The notes under the pieces are model-generated. The model ran no database searches, was not told the DNA's origin, and was given only the letters and a program-made list of their open reading frames with translations. A DNA stretch of 34,227 nucleotides, taken from the sequence record DRR723986_9802; one strand, 5' to 3'. A program made the position numbers and the translations under genes. This document shows, piece after piece, positions 16,636 to 24,710 of this stretch. Position 1 is the stretch's first letter, and every line of letters begins with the position of its first letter.

Positions 16636-16661
16636 ATAACAACCTAGCGTAAATTTGGTTC
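16636..16661 (-). promoter_or_regulatory. Putative ECF-type promoter GAACC-N15-TGTTAT
   Basis: Minus strand GAACCAAATTTACGCTAGGTTGTTAT (AAC-N16-TGT) upstream of the TonB receptor. Confidence 0.35.
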
Positions 16662-16748
16662 AAAAGGAAGAATCTAAAAAAATGATGTAGAATTGAAATT
16701 TTAAACCTGGTGGAGGGAGTTGAGGTCAAGAATAATTGCTAAATCTAG

Positions 16749-17621
16749 CTAGGCATCCAACACCAACTTATACCCCACTCCTCTGATATTTAAAATTTTC
16801 ACGGTTTGGTCGGCTTCAAGCTTCTTTCGCAACTTCGAAATAAAAACATCCAAGGTCCGACCAACATATACACCTTGATCTTCCCATACAACGTTCAAAA
16901 TAGCTTCACGCTCTAAGGTACTATTCGCAGATTCGTACAACAAGCTCAACAAATCAGCCTCTTTGTTGGTCAACTCAATCTCCTGATTTTCAAAATAGAG
17001 TTTCAGTTTCTTCTTATCAAATCGGTATTTTCCAATCATGATTAAATCTGTTCCCTGCTCATTTTTATTTCTGATAATCAGGAATATCACAATGATCACT
17101 ACGATTAATCCAAGGCCAATTATCCACAAGTAATTAGTTGTACTAGCTGCTGAACTATTTTCTGCCAATTCATTTGGATTTAGCTGCTGATCCATTAAGG
17201 TGATTTCAATGTAATAACAATCCTCAGGATATTCCCTTGATCCACAAGCCATTGATTCCAATTGAGGATAAGAACCAATTTCGTAGCTGAAGGCAACTTC
17301 ATTCGAGGCACATTCTAAAACCTCAACCAAATAATTGTAAGAAACCTGTTGAACTGTAAAAACACTATCTATTGTTCTTGATAATTCATCAGGCTTAAAT
17401 CCAATGGTTTTTTCAAATTCAATTTTATAGGTTCCCTGATCTTGAATTATCGGTAGCACACGCGAAGTTGAATCGCCATTAAATAATAATACTTGATGTC
17501 CAACTGCTCGCATAGCGGCCTTGTTATGGCTAATGATGTTGCCATCTTGAGTCCATCCAATCGACCCTATTAAACAAAGTCCAATTATTAAAACCAATTT
17601 ATAAAATAGCTGTCGTCCCAT
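16749..17621 (-). CDS. Membrane-anchored OmpR/PhoB-type winged-helix transcriptional regulator without receiver domain
   Basis: ATG 17621 just downstream of the -7 element TAACTTTG (17628-17635). N-terminal hydrophobic signal, extracytoplasmic domain, TM (LWIIGLGLIVVIIVIFLII), then LTNKEADLL...VW...RTLDVFISKLRKKL...NIRGVGYKL. Confidence 0.9.
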   Translation of the reverse strand: MGRQLFYKLVLIIGLCLIGSIGWTQDGNIISHNKAAMRAVGHQVLLFNGDSTSRVLPIIQDQGTYKIEFEKTIGFKPDELSRTIDSVFTVQQVSYNYLVEVLECASNEVAFSYEIGSYPQLESMACGSREYPEDCYYIEITLMDQQLNPNELAENSSAASTTNYLWIIGLGLIVVIIVIFLIIRNKNEQGTDLIMIGKYRFDKKKLKLYFENQEIELTNKEADLLSLLYESANSTLEREAILNVVWEDQGVYVGRTLDVFISKLRKKLEADQTVKILNIRGVGYKLVLDA

Positions 17622-17672
17622 GCATTGCAAAGTTACCCAGATTTGACCAATAAAAATCCCGATCAGCGTGAA

Positions 17673-17707
17673 TTTACACTATTTTACATTCGTTAAACAC
17701 CTTTACT
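17673..17707 (+). promoter_or_regulatory. TTTACA tandem repeats in the regulator's divergent promoter
   Basis: TTTACA(17673)-N4-TTTACA(17683), TAAACA(17694), TTTACT(17702). Confidence 0.55.
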
Positions 17708-17797
17708 AATAGCTATTTAGAGATAATCATTAAATTATGAATCTCGAATGAAAACTTCAAACTTGAAACGAATTAATTGATTACTTTTAATGTGAAT

Positions 17798-18607
17798 ATG
17801 AACAAAGTTTCTAGATTGGTATTGTTTTTCTGTTTGCTCTTATCAGTCAATTCGATAGGGCAAAAACGAATGACCGTTCAAGAAGCTGCCGATTCTAACT
17901 TTATCAAATTAAAAATCCAAGGACTATATGGATTTGAAACTTATAAGAACCTTGACCACTCTGGCGCCTATTTTGGAGAATGCATTGCCATAGACATTCA
18001 AAACATCACAGACACCATTTTAGTTTTAACAATTCCTGTAGGAACTTACCTTATTTGTGAGGATACCTCTATCCAGAATATGGTGGTTACGAAAACCGCG
18101 CAAATAGAATTGACCAACTACATCAATAACAAATACAAATTATTTGCCATGTGTGGTGAAATTCATGACGGCGTTCCTCAAAAAGGGAATCATTACACAA
18201 TAGATGGATTTGCTGAAGAAGAAGTAGTGCGTCTTGCACGCGTCATAGAAGACAGAAAAGCACAAAATCATGTGGGGCAATTAGCCATGTGGGCTGTTGC
18301 CAATAATGTAGATTCGCTTGAATTGATCGAGTACATGAGTAACAAAGAAGTTGATCCGGTGCTTGAGTTGCTTGAAGCAGCTGATGTCAAGGTGAAATTC
18401 AACGAACATCTTCAAAATGAACCTCCTATTGAACAAGATTCCACTGCTAATCAAACAGCTGAAAAAATAGTGCAAGAAGAGTTAAAAGATGAAACCGATC
18501 AATTGACTATTGTTTTAGCAATCAGTGCCGGTGTATTCTTCATCACCTCTCTCATTCTATCTTTGCTTTTAAGAAAACGAAATAAAGCCACAACAATAAA
18601 AAAATAA
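17798..18607 (+). CDS. Exported protein with C-terminal TM anchor; thioester-domain/ARPP-1-like motifs
   Basis: Signal peptide from ATG 17798; IQNMVV, AMCGE...P and GQLAMW motifs; C-terminal TM helix plus basic tail RKRNKATTIKK. Confidence 0.8.
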   Translation: MNKVSRLVLFFCLLLSVNSIGQKRMTVQEAADSNFIKLKIQGLYGFETYKNLDHSGAYFGECIAIDIQNITDTILVLTIPVGTYLICEDTSIQNMVVTKTAQIELTNYINNKYKLFAMCGEIHDGVPQKGNHYTIDGFAEEEVVRLARVIEDRKAQNHVGQLAMWAVANNVDSLELIEYMSNKEVDPVLELLEAADVKVKFNEHLQNEPPIEQDSTANQTAEKIVQEELKDETDQLTIVLAISAGVFFITSLILSLLLRKRNKATTIKK

Positions 18608-18610
18608 ACC

Positions 18611-20140
18611 ATGACCATCCAAGGCATTTTAAATACAATAGCATTCGTAATCCTCTGTCAAATAGGCATTGCTCAGGAAAATTCATGTAAAATTAAGCTA
18701 GAAGTTTCGGTAGATAAGAAATTTCAGAAAGACTTTATAGAAAATGGTCGCATTTACTTTTTCCTTTCGCAAAACAAGAGAAGCGAGCCCTACACTCAAA
18801 CCTTTCCTTTTGGCGCACGAACACATATTTTTGCCCAAAATATTGCATCTTTCAAATCGGCTAATCACTTAAAATTGGAGCATGACGATCAATGGATCAG
18901 TACTGTTGAATGGGATTTAAATAATGTTCCCACAGGAAAGTATTATGTTCAAGTACTCTGGGATCATGATATAAAAGAGTCTAGAATCAACGCACCTGGC
19001 AACCTTTATTCGTCAAAAGAATTAATTGATTTAACAGATGAGGTAGAGCTACAATTAATCCTGGATCAAATGATTGAGTCTACCCCTATAATTGAGCATG
19101 AATTGGCTAAAGAGGTTGAATTTAAAAGTGAACTGCTCTCAAGTTTTTGGAATAAACCCATGACATTAAAGGCAGCCATTTTATTGCCACGAAATTATGA
19201 TCCTAAAAAAGCTTATCCGATTCGATATAACGTTGCTGGTTATGGGGGCAGGTATCACCGAATCAACAGACAATTGGGAGATAAGGACTTTATGAAATGG
19301 TGGCAATCTGATGAAGCTCCAGAAATCATTTCAGTGTATTTAGATGGCGAAGGACCTTTTGGAGATTCATACCAACTCGATTCAGAAAACAGCGGCCCTT
19401 ATGGTGAAGCGCTCGTTACAGAGCTTATTCCGTTCATTGAAGAAGAATTCCGCGGAACTAATACGCCCGAAAACAGATTTGTGGATGGATGCTCTACAGG
19501 AGGTTGGGTTTCATTGGGTCTTCAAATTTATTATCCTGACGTTTTTGACGGATGCTTCTCATACAGCCCTGATGCGGTAGATTTTGAGAATTACCAGTTG
19601 ATTAATATCTATAAAGATCCAAACGCGTTTGTGAATGAATTTGGATATGATAGACCAGTAATGAGAATGCCTGACGGCGAACCTGTCCTTACATTAAAAG
19701 ACTTTTTACAATACGAAAACGTATTGGGCAGCTCAAATACATATTTGAATTCAGGCGGACAATTCAGTGCCCATGCGGCTTTGTATAGTCCTAAGGGTGA
19801 AAATGGTTTACCAAGAGCATTGATTGACCCAACTACAGGTGATATTGATCACGAAGTTGCCGAGCATTGGAAAAAGTATGATTTTAAATTGTATTTACAG
19901 AAAAACTGGAATGAGCTCGGGCCAAAACTTGCAGACAAAATCTATATTTGGATGGGCGATATGGATCATTTTTACTTGAACTATTCCACCCATGAATTTG
20001 CGAATTACTTAGAAAGTACCACTTCACCTAAATCGGATGCCATTATAGATTTCGCTCCTTATCAAGGTCATTGCAATCAATACTCGCACAAAGGCGCTTT
20101 GATTCAAATTCAAGACAAAATAAATGCTAAAAATGAATAA
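18611..20140 (+). CDS. Secreted putative esterase (Fes/antigen-85-type alpha/beta hydrolase) with N-terminal beta domain
   Basis: Signal peptide; LLP..Y...YP; DS.N.GPYG..L..ELIP.IE; nucleophile GCSTGG; WMGDMD; C-terminal GH. Confidence 0.88.
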   Translation: MTIQGILNTIAFVILCQIGIAQENSCKIKLEVSVDKKFQKDFIENGRIYFFLSQNKRSEPYTQTFPFGARTHIFAQNIASFKSANHLKLEHDDQWISTVEWDLNNVPTGKYYVQVLWDHDIKESRINAPGNLYSSKELIDLTDEVELQLILDQMIESTPIIEHELAKEVEFKSELLSSFWNKPMTLKAAILLPRNYDPKKAYPIRYNVAGYGGRYHRINRQLGDKDFMKWWQSDEAPEIISVYLDGEGPFGDSYQLDSENSGPYGEALVTELIPFIEEEFRGTNTPENRFVDGCSTGGWVSLGLQIYYPDVFDGCFSYSPDAVDFENYQLINIYKDPNAFVNEFGYDRPVMRMPDGEPVLTLKDFLQYENVLGSSNTYLNSGGQFSAHAALYSPKGENGLPRALIDPTTGDIDHEVAEHWKKYDFKLYLQKNWNELGPKLADKIYIWMGDMDHFYLNYSTHEFANYLESTTSPKSDAIIDFAPYQGHCNQYSHKGALIQIQDKINAKNE

Positions 20141-20513
20141 ACTCTTTGTTGGCCGCAAGCTCTTTTTACTTGATTTTATCGGGGCATCCATAGCAGCACT
20201 GATGCTCGGCCTCATTGTTCCCGCATTAAACGAATATGTCAACATGCCTTTGCCTGCATTGCACTGGTTGGCCATTTTTGCAGTTTTTTTCGCAGTCTAT
20301 TCTTTAGGCTGTTATCTAATTAAACCAAAAAATTGGATCGTCTTTTTAAAGCTGATTGCCTACCTCAACTTAAGTTATTGTGTGGCTATTTTAGTACTTG
20401 TGATCATGTATTCTGACCAGCTCACCCTGCTCGGAATCTTCTATTTCAGTTTTGATATATTAATCGTAGGATCACTTGCCTTGAAAGAATTGAAAGCTGC
20501 AAAGCAAGAATAA
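20133..20513 (+). CDS. Four-helix membrane protein
   Basis: ATG 20133 overlaps the esterase stop; four hydrophobic segments. Confidence 0.82.
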   Translation: MNKLFVGRKLFLLDFIGASIAALMLGLIVPALNEYVNMPLPALHWLAIFAVFFAVYSLGCYLIKPKNWIVFLKLIAYLNLSYCVAILVLVIMYSDQLTLLGIFYFSFDILIVGSLALKELKAAKQE

Positions 20514-20529
20514 TTTTATCGGTTAAATT

Positions 20530-20886
20530 CTACAAATCCTTATTCTCAATTCTGAATTCACAAATGGTGCACTCCTCTTTTGTGCCTGGATTCTCTGTAT
20601 ACTCAATCCAATTCAATGCATGGCGCCAATCTTTTGAAATATTAGCTCCATTTTTTACTAAAAAGGTGTAGTCTTTATAATATTCTGAGCAGTATTGACC
20701 ATTTGCCAGTCGTTCTAAAATGGTATTTGGAGCAAGGGTTTTGGTTTGATAATTCGTAACGTCATCATGACGCATAACAATTGTTGAATCTGAAGCATTA
20801 ACTACACGTACCTCACCTGTTTTGTTTTTGCTGCAGGACAAAGTAAAAAATATACTTATGATCAAGAAAGTCACTCTCCATTTCAT
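20530..20886 (-). CDS. Small lipoprotein
   Basis: ATG 20886 gives MKWRVTFLIISIFFTLSC (lipobox). Confidence 0.7.
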   Translation of the reverse strand: MKWRVTFLIISIFFTLSCSKNKTGEVRVVNASDSTIVMRHDDVTNYQTKTLAPNTILERLANGQYCSEYYKDYTFLVKNGANISKDWRHALNWIEYTENPGTKEECTICEFRIENKDL

Positions 20887-20951
20887 AGATCTTAAAACGG
20901 CAACAGAGCGCAAATATTATATTTTTCATATGTTTGTTGAAACCTAAACTT

Positions 20952-22397
20952 ATGAAACGTATTCTAATTATTGGATTTCTAATAAATTCGATTCAGTTAC
21001 TCGCGCAAATTAATCCAATAAATACCACCTGGGTAGAAGGTGAAACCCCTGCTTTTCATGAAACACAATTCGAATTTAATCAAGTCATTTTCACTTCAAC
21101 AACCGTAGGTTTTGGTGAAAGACTTTATATGTTCTCGAATGAGGAAGAATTTATTTGTGATTCTTCAGGAGCGCGACTCACAATTCCGGGTGAAAAAAAA
21201 CCAGTTCGACTTGATTTTTATGGCTATTATGAAATTAATGGTGAGTTGAAGTTACTTTGCAGAACCTCGGGTGACAAAGGATTGAAAGACCTTTGGCTTG
21301 TTTCAGGTTCAGGGGATAAAAATTTTATTGGAACTGAGCCGCCTAAAAAACTCATTTCAGCTAAAAACTTGAAATCCATTCAAACAACAATGGGGTTTGA
21401 TTTAAACCATAACAATATCATAGCCTTTACCTCTTCCAAGTTAACTGAAAAAGGAAAATACAGTGGAAAAATAACAACCATATCCTTATATGACCTAAAC
21501 AAGGAAAAAATCGTAAATGAAACCGAAATAGAAACGGACCCTGGACTAGTGAGCAGATATATAAATCCAGATCACACCTTTCTTGAATCAAATGTTTTGG
21601 CCTTTATGTTTAGAGGAAATGTCCAAATTTTGACGACTGATGGAGCAATTAAAAAGAAAATCGATCTATCTGAAATTCTTCAATTACAAGACAAATTTCA
21701 TTCACAAATGCTCGCTTTTAAAAAGACAACCAAAGGCGATTACGTGGGTTTGATAGCGGATATCGGAAGTACTGGTTTACTGAATAAGTATGTTCATAGA
21801 GTAGTTTTTGATCAAGATTTTAATTTGGTTTTAGATAAAATCATTACCTGGGACATTCAAACTGACCCCAGTACAATGAAACATCCCAAAATCAAACCAT
21901 TTATTAATTCCAATGGAGATGTTTTTATAACTTCTAATGGCTTCGAAGTTTACGCGACTGACATTATGGGGATCACATATACGGGCGAAAAATGGACTAG
22001 AAATTTACCCTATAACCATGGAAAGGGTGAGCGGTATCACGAGCATATCGCAACAGGACTCAGCTTTCAATATCAGCTATACAAGGACAATTTATATATT
22101 TCATATTTAGACAATAAAAATAATTTGACAAAGTATGATCCAAATGATTATTTGAGACCAGAAAAAGGATTCAACACAACACTTTTTAATGAAAATCCTG
22201 AAGAACAGGTAATTTCATTATTAAAAATAAACGCTAATGGCAATGTCACTGTTGAAGAGCAGTATCAATTTGCAAATACAGATGTGATGCTCACATTAAT
22301 GAAAATTAATAATTCCGGTATTTATTTGGGAGGTGCTCAAAAATTAGATGGTGCATATCAATATAAGGGCTATTACCATTTTCTAAGCCATAAATAA
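20952..22397 (+). CDS. Secreted hypothetical beta-rich (propeller-like) protein
   Basis: ATG 20952 gives MKRILIIGFLINSIQLLA-Q; long beta-rich ORF. Confidence 0.78.
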   Translation: MKRILIIGFLINSIQLLAQINPINTTWVEGETPAFHETQFEFNQVIFTSTTVGFGERLYMFSNEEEFICDSSGARLTIPGEKKPVRLDFYGYYEINGELKLLCRTSGDKGLKDLWLVSGSGDKNFIGTEPPKKLISAKNLKSIQTTMGFDLNHNNIIAFTSSKLTEKGKYSGKITTISLYDLNKEKIVNETEIETDPGLVSRYINPDHTFLESNVLAFMFRGNVQILTTDGAIKKKIDLSEILQLQDKFHSQMLAFKKTTKGDYVGLIADIGSTGLLNKYVHRVVFDQDFNLVLDKIITWDIQTDPSTMKHPKIKPFINSNGDVFITSNGFEVYATDIMGITYTGEKWTRNLPYNHGKGERYHEHIATGLSFQYQLYKDNLYISYLDNKNNLTKYDPNDYLRPEKGFNTTLFNENPEEQVISLLKINANGNVTVEEQYQFANTDVMLTLMKINNSGIYLGGAQKLDGAYQYKGYYHFLSHK

Positions 22398-22495
22398 TTG
22401 CTCGACGGAAGAATCAAACAAAACACTGCTGACCACTTGGCGTACTTCAAAATTCAGCATGAGAGATTAAAAATATTGGTTCCACAGTACTCGCC

Positions 22496-22521
22496 CAACT
22501 TCGCTTTAAAAAAAACGTCTT
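22496..22521 (+). promoter_or_regulatory. Putative ECF-sigma promoter CAACTTC-N13-CGTCTT
   Basis: CAACTTCGCTTTAAAAAAAACGTCTT (AAC-N16-CGT), 20 nt before ATG 22542. Ends identical to the motif at 4459-4485. Confidence 0.55.
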
Positions 22522-22541
22522 AACTTAGAGAAACTACTCTA

Positions 22542-24596
22542 ATGGCGAAACTGCTACAATTGACTCTTGTGATTTTATCTCTTTTTTCGGGGATGAATAC
22601 ACTGTGGAGTCAAAATTTCGTCAATCCAGACCTTAATGGTATTGTCTGTACTAGTTGTGTTCCTACTTCTTGGTTTATGGTACCCTACACAGAGCCATTT
22701 TGTATGGCCTCTACCGCTACAGTAGCAACAGTTGATAATCTAGATATGACTGGACCCAATCAACCTGGAGGGCAAAACGGAAACCCGGTTTCTGGCACCT
22801 CATTTTGTTCTGGACTTCATGCTAGTAACGGAACGGACACCTTACAAGAAGGACTCGGTCAAATCGTTAACGGACTGACTCCCGGAACAACTTATAATAT
22901 TTGCTTCTACCAAGCAGTTGTCAAACAACAAAATTGCTTAGATGAGTCTGGCACCTGGCTCGTATATATGGATAATGCCCTGGTGTATACTGCACCAGTT
23001 TCGACAAGTAATCTCGTTTTTAACAGTAATAATATAGTTTGGGATCAAAGAACTTTCAGCTTCGTAGCAACGGCTGCATCACATGAATTTGAATTCTTGC
23101 CAATTGATGATGATCCCAATATTGATACAGATTTAGCTGATATAACAGGTGGTCTAAGAATGGGAATTGACCTCATAGAATTAACCATACCAGCAAACGC
23201 GACAATTACCGCTGCGGGACCATTTTGTTTATCAGATCCTGCCGTCACACTAACTGCTGCAACTCCTGGCGGAACATGGTCTGGAAATGGAATCACCAAT
23301 AACATGACTGGGGAATTTGACCCAGCAATTGCAGGCGTTGGATCACATGTGATTACCTATGATATGGGAGGAGGATTATGTGGTGGAATGGATAATATTA
23401 CCATTGATGTGATCAGTTCTGGAAACGCGAGTTGGACGCCTCCTGCAACACCATTATGTGATGGTGATGCGCCAATAAATTTAGATGGATTAATCACAGG
23501 TGATTTAGGAGGGACCTGGTCAGGTTCAGGCGTTGCTGGAAATCAATTTGATCCTACGGGACAATCAGGAATTGTATCTGTTACTTACACCGTTGGGACC
23601 GGATCCTGTGCCGCTACTGAGTCACATGACATTGGAGTGGTGAGTTTGTCCGCAAATGCGACCTCTACCGATATCGCTTGCAATGGAAATGCAGATGGCA
23701 CCGCTAATGTCACACCTTCTGGTGGATTTACCTATTCTTATTCTTGGAATACCTCACCAGTTCAAACTACTGCTTCAGTATCTAACTTATCGGCAGGAAC
23801 ATATACCGTCACTATAACTGAAGATGCAAGTGGCTGCGCAACGACAGCAACAGTGACGATTTCAGAACCACCTCCTCTCAACGCAACAGGAAATACGGCA
23901 CCAAACTGTGGAACTACTGGCTGGGCAGAGGTTTCGGCTTCTGGAGGTGCAAGCCCTTATACCTATTTGTGGTCACCTACTGGAGGAACAGGTAATTTAG
24001 AAAACAACCTGCCTACAGGAATTAACAATTGTGTGGTTACGGATGCTTCAGGATGTACATTCTCAGTGGATATAGATGTAATCGCAATACCGCTACCAAA
24101 TGTCACCGTATCTGGTGACACCACGGTAGGCTACGGGGAAAGCGCCAGAATTAATGCTTACGGAGCAAGCTCTTATCAATGGGATCCTGATTTCAATTTG
24201 ACTTGCGGAAGTTGCCCTGACCCCATTGCAACAGTGAATGAAACGACTATTTATTGTGTCACTGGTAATGACGGCGCTTGTTCTGATACAGCATGTCTCA
24301 AAATAACTGTTCAAATTGACTGTGGTGAAGTATTCGTACCTTCTGCGTTTACTCCAAACAATGACAATAACAACGATTTAGTTTGTGCTTTCGGTAATTG
24401 TTTACAGTCTTTTGTCTTTAACATATATAATCGTTGGGGAGAACAGGTTTTTGAAACATCAGATACATCTATTTGCTGGGACGGAACTTGGAAAGGTAAG
24501 GACCTGAATTCAGGTGTATTCGTATACCGATTAGAAGGTTATTTAATTTCTGGTGAGAAGGTTGATTTAAAGGGAAATATCAGTCTGATCAGGTAA
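22542..24596 (+). CDS. T9SS type B surface protein with SprB-type repeats
   Basis: Signal peptide; two GGTWSG.G repeats; SprB-like C.G.ADG.A.V..SGG..YSYSW...NLSAGTYTVTIT; C-terminal VPSAFTPNND...IYNRWGE...WDG...KGNISLIR. Confidence 0.92.
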   Translation: MAKLLQLTLVILSLFSGMNTLWSQNFVNPDLNGIVCTSCVPTSWFMVPYTEPFCMASTATVATVDNLDMTGPNQPGGQNGNPVSGTSFCSGLHASNGTDTLQEGLGQIVNGLTPGTTYNICFYQAVVKQQNCLDESGTWLVYMDNALVYTAPVSTSNLVFNSNNIVWDQRTFSFVATAASHEFEFLPIDDDPNIDTDLADITGGLRMGIDLIELTIPANATITAAGPFCLSDPAVTLTAATPGGTWSGNGITNNMTGEFDPAIAGVGSHVITYDMGGGLCGGMDNITIDVISSGNASWTPPATPLCDGDAPINLDGLITGDLGGTWSGSGVAGNQFDPTGQSGIVSVTYTVGTGSCAATESHDIGVVSLSANATSTDIACNGNADGTANVTPSGGFTYSYSWNTSPVQTTASVSNLSAGTYTVTITEDASGCATTATVTISEPPPLNATGNTAPNCGTTGWAEVSASGGASPYTYLWSPTGGTGNLENNLPTGINNCVVTDASGCTFSVDIDVIAIPLPNVTVSGDTTVGYGESARINAYGASSYQWDPDFNLTCGSCPDPIATVNETTIYCVTGNDGACSDTACLKITVQIDCGEVFVPSAFTPNNDNNNDLVCAFGNCLQSFVFNIYNRWGEQVFETSDTSICWDGTWKGKDLNSGVFVYRLEGYLISGEKVDLKGNISLIR

Positions 24597-24710
24597 TACC
24601 TTAATTGTCTTTTTCAAACGTTTTCAAAAGATGCTGTTATATAATCAGTTCAAGATGACCATTATCCATTGATTTTATTTAGATTTAGTTTTAGAAAAGG
24701 CGCTACTTAA

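Noticed and set aside
22398..22495. LytTR-type direct repeats upstream of the SprB-repeat gene
   Set aside because: Candidate half-sites are too degenerate and irregularly spaced to support.
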